Shown in pieces: positions 21,401-31,429 of a stretch of 54,397 nucleotides of DNA. Source of the stretch: a virus (Duplodnaviria > Caudoviricetes); the IMG/VR virus record IMGVR_UViG_3300031963_000196, positions 1 through 54,397 of that record, one strand, 5' to 3'. A model generated the notes under the pieces. That model was not told the origin of the DNA. It saw nothing but the letters and a program-made list of their open reading frames with translations, and searched no databases. How positions within the stretch are numbered: position 1 is the stretch's first letter; each line of letters starts with the position of its first letter. The translations under genes and the position numbers were made by a program.

Positions 21401-24400
21401 CGATACAGAATATTACACTACAAACAGGCGGAATAAATTACACCACGTATGAAAATTGGGCGATTAATATTGGCAATTATGGCGGTCTTTTAAATCAAAA
21501 CTTCATTGAGTTTAAGTTAGAAGAACAGAAATTAAATGGTAATCCTGCTATCGTAAGTATTATAAACGGTATAGGTGAACCAGGTTCAATGCAAGAGATA
21601 CCTATATATGGACTGTCAAATTATGGTAGAGTTCCACAAGACGTAAGAATATTACCGTTATTACCGTCTTACAAAATGAACCAGTTGCCATCAGCAGGTT
21701 ATGTAAATTTTGATGACGTAAAAGCACATTCATATAAAGTCACTACCTTAAATCAAAATTCAGTTTCCATATATGACATTTACAAAAATGAGTACATATG
21801 GATAGCAGATTTTAAGGGAGACTGGAAAGCATATGCAACTGTTTCATTGGGTAATTCGAATTCGTTTGTAACATTAACTAATGTTGTTAACAATTTAAAT
21901 AATACGTGTACCGTGTTTTTTGACAAGCCACATGGGTTAACAGTAAATGATGTAATACTGATTTTAAATTATTCAAACTTTGTCGATGGATTTTATATTG
22001 TAATTAAAATCAATAGTATAAATTCTATAGTTATTGATTTAAGTTTACCTCTTTCTATATCAAATGTTGAATCTAGTGGAATCGTAGCTAAGCTACAGAA
22101 TCAACGAGTAAATTCACCAAAAGATATATCAACTTTAAATTTACTTGATACAGAATTTGTTAAAAGCACTGTTTGGGTAGATGAAAACACAGATGGTACA
22201 TGGGCAGTATATAGAAAAGCAATCAATTATGTAGGAGCAACTTCTTTTAGTAAACCAACACCAACTACTACGTTTGGTAGCAGTGTTGCTTACGATGCTA
22301 ATTTAGGATATTTCTTAGCAGATTCTGGTGCTGGAAATGTGTATCGATACAAGTACGTTCCTAATATAAATTTTTGGAATCTTGAAGAAACTATAACCTT
22401 ATCATCAAGCCCAGTTGGGTTTGGTGCTAGTATGGACAAGCAACAAAACTTCCTAACAGTTTTAAAATCTGCATCAACAAGTAGAGTTTATGTCTACGAA
22501 CTTGTGCAAACAAATAAAATAGAGGCAGTTGCATTACAGAATTCATTTAGCATAAGTGGAGTCACAGACAAAGTTGTTATGTCTGATGATTGCAACTATT
22601 TCTTTGTTGGAAAGGGTTCAACTAGACAAGTATTTGTATATAGAAAAAATACGTATTTAACCTACACAAGTATAGGTTATTCTTTAGTAACAGCTATACA
22701 ACAGAATGGTACACAATTTACTGTAAGTGGTGACAGAAGATCGTTATTATTAGAAGGACAAATGGTTAGTTTTTCTAATGCTGATACTGCTCAAACTTAT
22801 AAAGTTATAACCGGTGAATATAATGTTTCGTCTAATAGAACAACATTTACAATTGATGGTTACTTTTTTGCAGGTGTTGCGGCAGGCACTGCAGTCTATA
22901 GAGCATACTACAATTACACTAGTGTAGCTACTATCACTGGATCAGGGTCAGCTACAAATTTTGGTAAAAATATTGCAACAAATAGCAATGCTACTCAACT
23001 ATTTGTAAGCGCACCTAATCAAGATTTTAGTGCGGTAACAGACACCGGAGCTGTTTACATTTACGACAGAATTAAGCAAACATTTGAAAGTAGATTTACT
23101 GCAATTCAAACACTACCAACTGATTTTACATTAGCTTGGACCCCAGTTAATTCTATCACAGTATTTTTAAATGGAGACATTTTACCTTCAAGCAGTTATT
23201 CTGTAGCGTCTAATGTACTAACAATAAATGTTAAAATTAGTGCAGGAGATTTAATAACAGTTGAAGGTAATGACTTTGTTCTATCTCAAACTTTGGTTGG
23301 ACACACTGAAGTTGCTAGTCCTAGAGTAGGAATTCTATACGGTCAAGGATTAGACGCAAACAATGCAGGTAACGAATTACTAATTGGTTCCCCATTCGAC
23401 ATAGTTAATAGTACAGGCACAGAAGGAAGTGTTTATAGATATACAAACGCTGGTAAAAAATTCGGAATAATTACAGGGTCAAGCGTATACACCTTATCAA
23501 CTTCAATAAATGTTTTAATCAACAGCTTTATGGTAACCTTGCCGAGTACCGGTATAGATACAGCAATTACCGCAATAAATGAAGCAAATATTCCAAATGT
23601 ACAGGCTTCTAAAACCGATGATAATAAATTAATAATACAATTAATTAATCAAAATTTAAATTTATCAGGTGACAAATTAAATCTAACAGTCTTTGTTCAA
23701 GCAGATTTTGCTAGTTTGGGCATAACGTATTACACTAAAACACAAGAATTGCATGATCCTAATTTACAAAATGCAACACAATATGGAACTGCAATTAAAT
23801 TTAATGAATTAAATTCATTCGTAGTAACCGCGCCTACAAGTAATAGATATACGCAAACTACTTTTGATTTTACAGATGATGAAGATTATACTAATGATAC
23901 TATATTTGATAATAACTTCACTTCATTTATAGATGTCGTTGTAGATGCAGGATCAGCATACCTATATGATTATTTAGGTGCATATAATGAAAGCATCGAT
24001 AACATTGGAAAATTTGTATTAGCACAACTTTTAAATGACACGACAACAACTTTAGGAAATGCACCATATTATGGAAATAATATAGCATTTAATAATTATA
24101 ACGTGCTTATTGGTTCCCCTACTTACTTAACAGGCAGTCAGAATGGTAGAGTAAACATTTTTAGAAATGATGTTACTAAATCAAATTGGTCTGTTTATAG
24201 AAGCCCAGAACAAACTGTAGACATTGAAAAACTTCATGTTGTGTCAATTTACAACAATTTGAATAATTTAACTATTGTAAATTTAGATTATATTGATCCA
24301 TTACAAGGTAAACTATTAGGAGCAGTAAGAGAAAATCTTGATTATATTTCAAGTGTTGATCCTGCAGGATATAATAATTCCACTACAGGAAAAGTAGTTT

Positions 24401-27400
24401 GGGGACAAGAATATATTGGTAAGTTATGGTTTGACACATCTCAGACAAAGTTCATTGATTATCACCAAAATGATACATTGTATAACAGTAAATATTGGGG
24501 ATCCGTATTTCCTGGTAGCGTAGTATCAGTATATACTTGGATTGAAAGTGATGTAACACCTATTAATTATGTAGGAATAGGATCGGTGTATGACATTGAT
24601 AGTTATACAACACTCTATGAAGTTGTTGACGGTGGCACTATAGTAACACGATATTACTATTGGGTAAAAAATGTTGGTACAGTTATAGGTAGAAACAAAA
24701 CACTTTCAGATAATATCGTTTCCGCCTACATTGCTAACCCAATATCATCAGGTATTGCATTCTTAGCTCCGCTAAAACAAAACGTTTTCGGACTTTATAA
24801 TGTCTATGAATATATAAGTTCTAATTTTACAAGTTTACATTTAGGCTTTAAATCAAGTACAGGTGATGATGTAGCACACACTGAATTTAAATTAATCAGA
24901 GACGGATACGCAGAAGATTTCTTACCTGGATTACCTACATTATACAATAATCTTGTTAGACCTGATGGCTTATATCAAAAATTATTAGATAGCTTTGCTG
25001 GTGTCGATGCTCAAGGTCAGGCTGTCCCTAATCCTTTCTTACCTAAACTTTTACAAACAGGCACGAGCCTTAGACCTAATCAAAGCTTTTTCTATAATAG
25101 ATTAACAGCATTGCAAAACTATTGTGAATTTGCAAATGGGATTATGTTAAAGTATCCTATCACAGAATTAAAAAATCCTAGTTTCTTATCTTTAGGTGGT
25201 GTAGCTCTTACAGGAGCAAATGCTCCGGCATTTTTCACATTATCAGGTGATAATTTTGACACTAATGATTACTGGGAATATGTTAATTGGTGGGAACAAG
25301 GTTATTCTGATGCAACACGCACAGACATAGATGTGCCAAAATATTATGATTTAGACAAGTTAACTACTTTCGAAAATATGATAGCAGGAGTTAATTCAAA
25401 TAGCAATGGCAAACGTGAAGTATACATTTATAGAAATAATGGTTGGAATAGAATAGGATTAGAATTAGGTACAATACAAATAAAAAATTCTCTTTGGGAT
25501 TATACTATTAATGGTATTGGATTTGGTGATAGTTTCTTTGATAATGATGTATATGATAGTTTCCCGTCACTAGAAACCTATTATATAATCCGTGGACTAA
25601 ACGAAGAAGTGTTTACTGATGATTTATTAATCTATAGAAATCAAGGATTAATTTTATTATTCCAGTATATTATTACGGAAAGCGATCAATTCGGAAATTA
25701 CTTACCTTGGTTAAATAAAACTTCATTCTTAGATGTAGACCATACGTTAAGAGAACTAGAACAAACTAAAAATTTCCAACGTGATAACGAAGATTTTCTA
25801 TTTGGATACATTAATGAAGTTAAGCCGTACAGAGTAAAACTTAAAGAATTTAGTTTGAAATATACTAAAACTAACTTATATGACGGAGATATCACAGATT
25901 TTGATTTACCGGCACAGTGGAATGAAACTTTAAATTCTTTTGTAACACCTGAATTAGTTTTCAATGATTCGTTATTGCCTTCTCAGTATCAGTCAACTGA
26001 TGCAATATGGCAAAAACCTCAGTACAACCAATGGTTTAATAACTATGGAGTAAAACTAGAGGGAAGACCAAATTACTTTATTGGCTTATTAAAAGAATAT
26101 GTGCCTGTAGCAACAAAAATTATAGTTGTTGATAACGCATTTGGTTATCCAGTTATTGGTGTCATCAAAATTGATGACGAATTTATTGGTTACACTAATG
26201 TCGATAGAGATGCAGGAATATTATCAGGTCTAACAAGAGGCGCACTTGATACTGAAGTTATTGATCACATGCCTGGATCTAAAATTTTTATAGACCTTCC
26301 TGCTGTTAGTGTGCTTTATTCTGGCAGAGCCTACACAGAACCTCCTAATATTATAACATATGTAGACACCTCGGTGTTCCCTGCCCCTAAAGTACAAGCA
26401 GCACTAAAAGCTCAATTATCCGGCGGAGAGGTAGTGGCAATTACTGTATCAAATTCAGGTGAAGGGTATAAAGTATTACCTGAATTAATAGTAGAACCTG
26501 CGATTGAACATAAGTTTAACTCTACAGATGTAAATTTTACAAACTATACAATAAATGTACCATTTAAATTATTTGAAACTGGTGATTTATTACAATATAG
26601 AAAGGGAGAAAACACTCTTCCTATCTTAGGATTAATTGATAAAGAATACTATTACATCAGATTAATTGAATATGGATTGGATAAACCTGAGGTAACTATC
26701 ACAAACGAAGATAGGCCAACTGCAATAGCTTTTTATGGATCTAAAATAAATGCAATAACTGATAGACACAGATTGAGTATTGTCAAAGCTAGAACCAACA
26801 GCAATAACCATATTCTTTCACTTGGTGCAAGATTAGCACCGATATCAAGTAATGCACCAACAAGACAGATAACGCCATTCTTAAAATTTGATAGGACTAG
26901 TTATAGACCTACAGTGCAGGTATGGGAGCCAAATCAGTTTTATATAGCAGATTACAATAGTATTGGAAATGATGCAAGTTATGCTAGTAAATTAGCTACA
27001 GCATTACCTTATACTTCGGTTACTGGACCTGTAGCACCAGCAGGAGGTACAGGAGCTATATTTGATGTTTTTGCATGGATCTACGGAAATGAAGATGAGC
27101 CGCCTTATTTTTATTCTTCAGGAGATACATATGGAGTTTACACAGCTAATTTAAACAGCGGCGGTTTAAATTATCAAATAGGAGATGTAATAACTATTTC
27201 TGGTGCTTCGTTAGGTGGAGTTGCACCAACTAATAGTTGCACTATAACAGTTACACAAATATCAGTTTTTGGTAGCATTATAGAATTTACTACTGAAGGT
27301 ATACCGTCAACTGTATTTAGGTCAAGTTTACAAGGGGCAACAGTACCGATATCAGCAGTTACTACTGAATCAGGAACTAATAATGTTATTGTAACCTTTA

Positions 27401-30400
27401 ATTACAATGATAGTTCATTAACTCCTGGGTACTTAAAAAATGTTAAAATATATTTCTATAAAACAGCAAGATTAACAACACCGTATGTTTATGACGATTC
27501 TGGTTCAGGTGGTGCAATCATATGGGTTACAAGTCCTAGAATTTATGGTACAACTGTGCTTAATGAATACTCTGTTGATGTTAAGGATTTTGGTAACATA
27601 TACTCTACTGGGGACACTATTACAATAGCAGGAAACTTATTAGGAGGCACAACACCTGCTAATGATTTAGTAATTACAGTCACTTTCGCACTTTTAGGAG
27701 AAATAATTTTCTACTCACTGAGTGGAATTTGCTCAAATGCATACGCAGAATATTATACAGTGCCAATAAACACAACACAATGTAGACTATATAACAATTC
27801 TATTTTAACTGATCCAGTTAAAAATACAATTGCTAGACCGTTTATTTTTGCGGTTGGTGATTTTGGATTCTATCCAGAACCTTTCACCTCCCCATCTGCA
27901 TCATTGGTAGCATACAACAATAAGTTATACAAATGTATAGAATCAAACTCTGATCTAACATTTGATTTTACGAAGTGGGAACTTCTACAAAGTGACTATC
28001 CTTACATAAATGCATTAGATAGAATAGTAACTTATTATGAACCTACTAGTAATATGCCAGGTAAACATTTACCTTTACTCTTATCAGGATTAGAATACCC
28101 TAACGGAACATATTTAGGTAATAAGTTTGATCAGAATATTGATATAGATGTCAATTTACAGGGACAACCGTTTTATCCAAATGAAATCGACATAAAAAGT
28201 ATAGTATATGATGGAAGCAAGTATGTTGCAATAGGAAACACTCCTACTTATGCTACTATACTTTACAGTGTAGAGGGTAGAAACTGGTCATTTAAAAAAA
28301 TAAGCGATGTACCTATCAACGTAACAAGCTTAATTTATTCAGGTTCGTTTTTTGTAATAACTGCTCAAAATAGTAGCGCACCATTATTAATAAGTTACGA
28401 CGGATTTAGTTGGGTAAGTGCTGGATCATACACCGTGTTTGATGATGCACCATTTGATGTAACAGATTTCGACACTTTATCAGTTGAAACCCCTAACGAC
28501 GAATTAAATGGGATCGTGTATTATAATAATAACTATGTAGCTGTGGGTAACAATGTTTTAACTAGTCTCAATGCTACAAGTTGGGGTGTAGGATACAGCT
28601 TCCAAAGTCAATTACCTAATACACTTAGAGCAGTTACATACGTTGCAGGATCAAGCATAATATTTGAAGGATATGTTGCTGTAGGAAGCGGAACATCTAT
28701 CATTGATGGTGCAAATAGTCCATCACCTGTTTTCGCAGAACAATCAAGAATATTACTAAGTTATGACGGAACCACATGGTCTAACACAAATCAAACTATT
28801 GACGCCGTATTCAACACAGTATTCAGCTCTAATTCAAAAATTGTCGCAGCAGGAGATTCAGCAAAAATCTATTGGTCAGTTAATGCTAGTAACTGGAATA
28901 TTGCAACTATTTTAGGGCCAGCAATTACAAATAAAATCAATCACGGTATTTTTGCGTTAGATACTTATATAATAATTGGTGATAATGGATTAGTCCTTTA
29001 CAGCGGAGACGGAGAAGTTTGGAATCAGACTGCAGCAATATCGACTAATAATTTAAATGAAATTACATTTGATGGAACTTATCTAATTGTAGTTGGTGAA
29101 AATTCAACAATACTAAGAAGTAGGAATGTAATCGACTGGGAAAATATCTCGTTTTTAGTTACAGGGGATCCAGAATACGTAGTACAAGGTGAAACTTTCC
29201 TATCAGGTTACGGTCCTGAAGAAATGATTCCAGCAGTGATAACAGATAATTTGCAAATGGTAGTAAAAACAACACCCGGCTCACTTTGGGATCCAACGGT
29301 ATATGAAAATTTTGGATTTAATATAGTGGGAGTTACAATAGACACAGGTAATGCTACAGAGTTTTCATTTGCTGGTTTATCTCCTTATGTAACACAAATT
29401 GCTGTCTATATAGTATCAAATTCAAATACACGTGCAACTAGGATTTATAGTGTTAGTGAGGTGCCCACAGTAACAAGCCTAACTAGAATTCAATCTATTG
29501 ATTGGGTAAACAAGACAGTTACACTTACATCACAGTTAAATTCAACTGAAAACATTTATGTTGAATGTTATGACATTGGTGGTGGCAATCAACAAGTTAA
29601 GGGAACATCAGATACTACTCCTATAAAATTAGATACAGAAAAAAATATAAGTTATATAGATACGAATTACCCCTACAGAGAACTTTTTTATCAGTATCCT
29701 GTAGTATATCTAAATGGAGTCAAACAAGTAGAAAATACGAATTATAAGCTTGAACCAAATGTTTCTAATTCTATTAAAATTGTATTCACTACAGTATTGA
29801 ATCCAGCTACAAACTATATAAGTTTCGCAATATTTGGACCAACGACAACTAATCAGTATCAGTATTGTATGCCGGAAACTCAAGTATTCCAATATACAAG
29901 CGGTCCTAAAACATTTACATTGACTAATTCAATGAGTGGGGTTAACCCGTCTAATGCGGTAGTAGAAGTAAATGGAATAAGGGCTAGAAATACAACCGAC
30001 TATACAATTGTAGGCACGACTTTAACTGTATTAGCATCTCTATCAGCAACTAATATAGTTAGTGTTACATCATTTAATGACACACAGAATCAATCTTTTG
30101 TAACACAAACGTCTACCACTATTAGAGTTACACCAATATATTATGTAAATACTCCTGCTACTCCGGTGGTAGTTACTACCGCAATTAATGCTGTTTTAAT
30201 AAATCAGGATCAAGTTCTAATAGACGGTGCTCAAAATATTCCCGAAATAAACAATAATATATTTTACGTTAGGGTATTACCAACATATGTTGAGAACGCC
30301 GTAACTTATTATCGTTATGAATTATACTTAGATGTTAATTTATCAATACCTGTAGTGGGTAATACATACGGTAGCTACTACATTAATGGTGAAGGATCAG

Positions 30401-31260
30401 GTGGTTATATTTGGAAATATAGTGACACTATACAATTAACTCAACCAACGTTTGATGTAGTAGATGTAAATAGGTTGTTTGTTCATATCAACGGAACAAG
30501 AGTGACCCCTGATAATTTAAGGATCAATCAACCAAATAATAGATTAAGTATAATGTCCCCAATCAGTTTAGGTAATACTATAATTGTGACAAGTTACATG
30601 CCCTCACCAACTCCTAACGAACTTTGGTATTCGTTATCAGTAAATAGAAAGGGTGAGATGACTATAGCTAATAGTAATATTCAAAACAGAACGTGGTTAT
30701 TAGAGCCTTTATATCCTACTGATATTTCGATATCAGTAAATGATGTATCAAAACTGGTTGATATAACTTATGAAATAATTAGAGCTTCCTACAATAACAC
30801 AACTAAAAAACTTTATTGTTTTTTAAATTATAACATAATAGACATTGTTTTACTCACTGTATATAATGTTACAACTGACGTAGAGTTGGCAAAAACTGCT
30901 TATTATTTAAATACAGTAAATTCTACCACCGAAGTCATTTTTACAGCTGGAGTAGAAGATGGGGATGAACTTGAGTTCACTCTAAGATTCGGGGACACAG
31001 TTATAATTAATGGGGAAAAAATCACATTTAGGGGTATTAATCTTGAGGAAAATACTATTACTAACATAGTCAGAGGTGCTGAAGGAACAGCAGTTCTTCC
31101 GGTTCATGAAATATATTCTAATGTCTTAAGTCTGTCTACGAAAGACATATTAGATTCATTCTATTATGATAAAGTTTGGAATTCTGATGATTATTCTGCT
31201 AGCGGGGATCCACTGCAAATAAGTAATTCTATACCTGCTAATTTCTTAAAAAGCGACTAA
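15415..31260 (+). CDS. Giant multi-domain virion/baseplate protein (gp7-like position), 5281 aa
   Basis: Uninterrupted 15.8 kb ORF after gp6; FLPEIFKT N-terminus; CBM5/12-like module (WQSNVKYTKGVIVKY), FG-GAP-like repeats (FGSSVA, FVSAP..D, GAVYIY), Asp-box-like SYDG..W repeats, YINEVKPY motif. Confidence 0.75.
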   Translation: MVAKVRTIDFLPEIFKTTPNENFLSATLDQLVQQQDLEKLQGYIGRRFEYGLTPNSYYIPEINKTRTDYQLEPAVVFKKKDTTTALDFISYPEMIDALKLQGAPVTNNSLLFDNQFYSWDSFTNLDKISNYSQYYWLPFGPDVVNIEPLPINLTSFFDVVSQTNEFLFVQDNFEIEEFNPTITLLRGGTYYFNVDQTSKFWIQTEPGLSGTVPNRPNVGTRDIFGVENNGTSEGVITFQVPNSDAQQNQNYQGNVNTDLVSDQPFSGIHGQRLSTIGSIDGATNLLDKTLIFFGAPALQNASVDTFFDEYGFDNDTIAPFGFDSTDLVNVNQYFFKINYIQTDTPGDPIINLSPLTVIPQNTNITVLAGNKYISKKLVRLSTGEIQLIPELTAPLDVLYYQDSSNLRKFGVIKIVDSNTANFINVETEILGKLSYTSPNNVKFTNGLKINFSGDVIPEKYKTDQYYVEGVGTGIKLIPSSLLVTPESYSQSVYEPYDASPYDTAPYSDIVESPITPDYITINRAATNLNAWSRGNRWFHAQVIQETIKHTNSTNLLNIINSKEARAKRPIIEFYPNLKLFNLGTEAKGPVDYFDVTATDAFTQVANQLQYYPDGSSFGLFDGCKVIFSADTDTNIKNKIFRVNFVSTSIANQTSTIASVTTASNDRVTVTDSTKFVVGSLVSLNQDIGNLTAFTKYYVYDKPNSTSIRLSTDPNLSSFIQLDNGTGNVLLSQSPPIITLTKIADGDIQNYDQIVVLLGENRKGFSYWFDGINWIQGQLKTTVNQPPLFDVFDNNGLSFGDTDYYASSSFIGSSLFQYATGTGNNDTVLGFPLKYSSVDNVGDIQFNVSFNTDQFTYVLNGNPTVQNVNQGYPYIFTSREEYTRQLGWQTAISESIQYQAFTFNYIPQNGNAIFICDVPANSTDSTAWPVVKVYVGDNLLFDSDFTFTVENNSTIVTLNANPILETPIEVLIYSNSVSKTAYFTIPTNLENNIFNAQISNLNLGDIKNHYLSICTNSKRIVGQIFGSNNYRDLPNLVKYGSKIIQNSAPLSLTGALLKNANFNLIDSLNFSSTEYIKFKNLLIDVVNKTPYESYQIASVILDNAINEITSFKAQNNSFFWSDMLPSRGAYITNRYTFNADVLQAQFTLSKIYDFTSANYDGVLLYLQRTENGLVFERQLIKDVDYLVSADAPLVTLYTDLIAGDIIIVNEYNQTYGSYVPNTPTKLGFYPATIPEIVYDTSYINPAWFIKGHDGSLTRLYGNYTNGYLNDYRDQVIFEFECRIYNNLKVSSKIPISSDEVLPGQFRSTNYNYDEILQLYSLSFLNWIGQNRIDYKSQYYLTNNAYTYNYYQATNRLDNTIVKRGNWRGLYNWFFDTTTPNSTPWEMIGYTNKPVWWDSYYGAAPYTKNNLVLWTDMENGYDYNNGDPIIIESRKRPGLLQVLPVDDLGNLVDPMNSVIGNYDQLTFQTQWKVGDWGPAEYSYLKSSSWPFDLVKLLALCKPAKFFALGENLDTYKFNTEFNQYLLNDKFRFSTIGAVVYGSGNAQHSYLNWVVDYVQSNGNSGYDILTDYLNNLDVRLVYRVAGFSDKDLLKFYVDKGSPNSKNNSLLIPDESYRVILHENQPFDTITYSSVIIQKTETGYQVFGNSQNKIYFKASAPIVNGKYNTITSGSLSVKLSKNFSDKVVVVPYSTEFNTPQALSEFINAYGNYLGTQGLLFDQVENNLLLNWNQMIQEVLAWVQAGWESGSILNINPLAQKIVISKENAIVQPLTIQDQNYVLNQNLIPIQIKDMSVIRNGVEFSAVPLKVDDTVSYFNANLSNIEHAIIFDNATLFNDLIYDPNTGLRQYRILLKGSKTATWDGTVDTKGFILNQDNILEWQSNVKYTKGVIVKYKNNYYAANEVIQPADTFQQGLWTKVDYEDIQKGLLPNASSRAFESTLYYDSYKANLENDADLLAFSLIGYRPRNYLAAANLDDISQVNLYKTMIVEKGSKQATSAIQNITLQTGGINYTTYENWAINIGNYGGLLNQNFIEFKLEEQKLNGNPAIVSIINGIGEPGSMQEIPIYGLSNYGRVPQDVRILPLLPSYKMNQLPSAGYVNFDDVKAHSYKVTTLNQNSVSIYDIYKNEYIWIADFKGDWKAYATVSLGNSNSFVTLTNVVNNLNNTCTVFFDKPHGLTVNDVILILNYSNFVDGFYIVIKINSINSIVIDLSLPLSISNVESSGIVAKLQNQRVNSPKDISTLNLLDTEFVKSTVWVDENTDGTWAVYRKAINYVGATSFSKPTPTTTFGSSVAYDANLGYFLADSGAGNVYRYKYVPNINFWNLEETITLSSSPVGFGASMDKQQNFLTVLKSASTSRVYVYELVQTNKIEAVALQNSFSISGVTDKVVMSDDCNYFFVGKGSTRQVFVYRKNTYLTYTSIGYSLVTAIQQNGTQFTVSGDRRSLLLEGQMVSFSNADTAQTYKVITGEYNVSSNRTTFTIDGYFFAGVAAGTAVYRAYYNYTSVATITGSGSATNFGKNIATNSNATQLFVSAPNQDFSAVTDTGAVYIYDRIKQTFESRFTAIQTLPTDFTLAWTPVNSITVFLNGDILPSSSYSVASNVLTINVKISAGDLITVEGNDFVLSQTLVGHTEVASPRVGILYGQGLDANNAGNELLIGSPFDIVNSTGTEGSVYRYTNAGKKFGIITGSSVYTLSTSINVLINSFMVTLPSTGIDTAITAINEANIPNVQASKTDDNKLIIQLINQNLNLSGDKLNLTVFVQADFASLGITYYTKTQELHDPNLQNATQYGTAIKFNELNSFVVTAPTSNRYTQTTFDFTDDEDYTNDTIFDNNFTSFIDVVVDAGSAYLYDYLGAYNESIDNIGKFVLAQLLNDTTTTLGNAPYYGNNIAFNNYNVLIGSPTYLTGSQNGRVNIFRNDVTKSNWSVYRSPEQTVDIEKLHVVSIYNNLNNLTIVNLDYIDPLQGKLLGAVRENLDYISSVDPAGYNNSTTGKVVWGQEYIGKLWFDTSQTKFIDYHQNDTLYNSKYWGSVFPGSVVSVYTWIESDVTPINYVGIGSVYDIDSYTTLYEVVDGGTIVTRYYYWVKNVGTVIGRNKTLSDNIVSAYIANPISSGIAFLAPLKQNVFGLYNVYEYISSNFTSLHLGFKSSTGDDVAHTEFKLIRDGYAEDFLPGLPTLYNNLVRPDGLYQKLLDSFAGVDAQGQAVPNPFLPKLLQTGTSLRPNQSFFYNRLTALQNYCEFANGIMLKYPITELKNPSFLSLGGVALTGANAPAFFTLSGDNFDTNDYWEYVNWWEQGYSDATRTDIDVPKYYDLDKLTTFENMIAGVNSNSNGKREVYIYRNNGWNRIGLELGTIQIKNSLWDYTINGIGFGDSFFDNDVYDSFPSLETYYIIRGLNEEVFTDDLLIYRNQGLILLFQYIITESDQFGNYLPWLNKTSFLDVDHTLRELEQTKNFQRDNEDFLFGYINEVKPYRVKLKEFSLKYTKTNLYDGDITDFDLPAQWNETLNSFVTPELVFNDSLLPSQYQSTDAIWQKPQYNQWFNNYGVKLEGRPNYFIGLLKEYVPVATKIIVVDNAFGYPVIGVIKIDDEFIGYTNVDRDAGILSGLTRGALDTEVIDHMPGSKIFIDLPAVSVLYSGRAYTEPPNIITYVDTSVFPAPKVQAALKAQLSGGEVVAITVSNSGEGYKVLPELIVEPAIEHKFNSTDVNFTNYTINVPFKLFETGDLLQYRKGENTLPILGLIDKEYYYIRLIEYGLDKPEVTITNEDRPTAIAFYGSKINAITDRHRLSIVKARTNSNNHILSLGARLAPISSNAPTRQITPFLKFDRTSYRPTVQVWEPNQFYIADYNSIGNDASYASKLATALPYTSVTGPVAPAGGTGAIFDVFAWIYGNEDEPPYFYSSGDTYGVYTANLNSGGLNYQIGDVITISGASLGGVAPTNSCTITVTQISVFGSIIEFTTEGIPSTVFRSSLQGATVPISAVTTESGTNNVIVTFNYNDSSLTPGYLKNVKIYFYKTARLTTPYVYDDSGSGGAIIWVTSPRIYGTTVLNEYSVDVKDFGNIYSTGDTITIAGNLLGGTTPANDLVITVTFALLGEIIFYSLSGICSNAYAEYYTVPINTTQCRLYNNSILTDPVKNTIARPFIFAVGDFGFYPEPFTSPSASLVAYNNKLYKCIESNSDLTFDFTKWELLQSDYPYINALDRIVTYYEPTSNMPGKHLPLLLSGLEYPNGTYLGNKFDQNIDIDVNLQGQPFYPNEIDIKSIVYDGSKYVAIGNTPTYATILYSVEGRNWSFKKISDVPINVTSLIYSGSFFVITAQNSSAPLLISYDGFSWVSAGSYTVFDDAPFDVTDFDTLSVETPNDELNGIVYYNNNYVAVGNNVLTSLNATSWGVGYSFQSQLPNTLRAVTYVAGSSIIFEGYVAVGSGTSIIDGANSPSPVFAEQSRILLSYDGTTWSNTNQTIDAVFNTVFSSNSKIVAAGDSAKIYWSVNASNWNIATILGPAITNKINHGIFALDTYIIIGDNGLVLYSGDGEVWNQTAAISTNNLNEITFDGTYLIVVGENSTILRSRNVIDWENISFLVTGDPEYVVQGETFLSGYGPEEMIPAVITDNLQMVVKTTPGSLWDPTVYENFGFNIVGVTIDTGNATEFSFAGLSPYVTQIAVYIVSNSNTRATRIYSVSEVPTVTSLTRIQSIDWVNKTVTLTSQLNSTENIYVECYDIGGGNQQVKGTSDTTPIKLDTEKNISYIDTNYPYRELFYQYPVVYLNGVKQVENTNYKLEPNVSNSIKIVFTTVLNPATNYISFAIFGPTTTNQYQYCMPETQVFQYTSGPKTFTLTNSMSGVNPSNAVVEVNGIRARNTTDYTIVGTTLTVLASLSATNIVSVTSFNDTQNQSFVTQTSTTIRVTPIYYVNTPATPVVVTTAINAVLINQDQVLIDGAQNIPEINNNIFYVRVLPTYVENAVTYYRYELYLDVNLSIPVVGNTYGSYYINGEGSGGYIWKYSDTIQLTQPTFDVVDVNRLFVHINGTRVTPDNLRINQPNNRLSIMSPISLGNTIIVTSYMPSPTPNELWYSLSVNRKGEMTIANSNIQNRTWLLEPLYPTDISISVNDVSKLVDITYEIIRASYNNTTKKLYCFLNYNIIDIVLLTVYNVTTDVELAKTAYYLNTVNSTTEVIFTAGVEDGDELEFTLRFGDTVIINGEKITFRGINLEENTITNIVRGAEGTAVLPVHEIYSNVLSLSTKDILDSFYYDKVWNSDDYSASGDPLQISNSIPANFLKSD

Positions 31261-31268
31261 AATTGGAA

Positions 31269-31276
31269 GATAAATA
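31269..31276 (+). promoter_or_regulatory. Late promoter GATAAATA
   Basis: Octamer 6 nt upstream of micro-ORF ATG 31283. Confidence 0.7.
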
Positions 31277-31282
31277 CATATT

Positions 31283-31429
31283 ATGACTGAAAAAGACCAA
31301 AATACTGAAGTTAAACAAAAATCAGAACAAAAACCGGATGAACACGCAGGGTTCATCTTTAGTTCTGCAATTAAAATTTTTGACCCTAAAACTGAAGAAG
31401 TATTAGTACAAAAAAGAGGCGATGATTAA
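31283..31429 (+). CDS. 48-aa micro-protein resembling the N-terminus of the next gene
   Basis: Not in ORF track: MTEKDQNTEVKQKSEQKPDEHAGFIFSSAIKIFDPKTEEVLVQKRGDD; fills the gap, follows a late promoter, TAATG coupling to 31429. Confidence 0.75.
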   Translation: MTEKDQNTEVKQKSEQKPDEHAGFIFSSAIKIFDPKTEEVLVQKRGDD

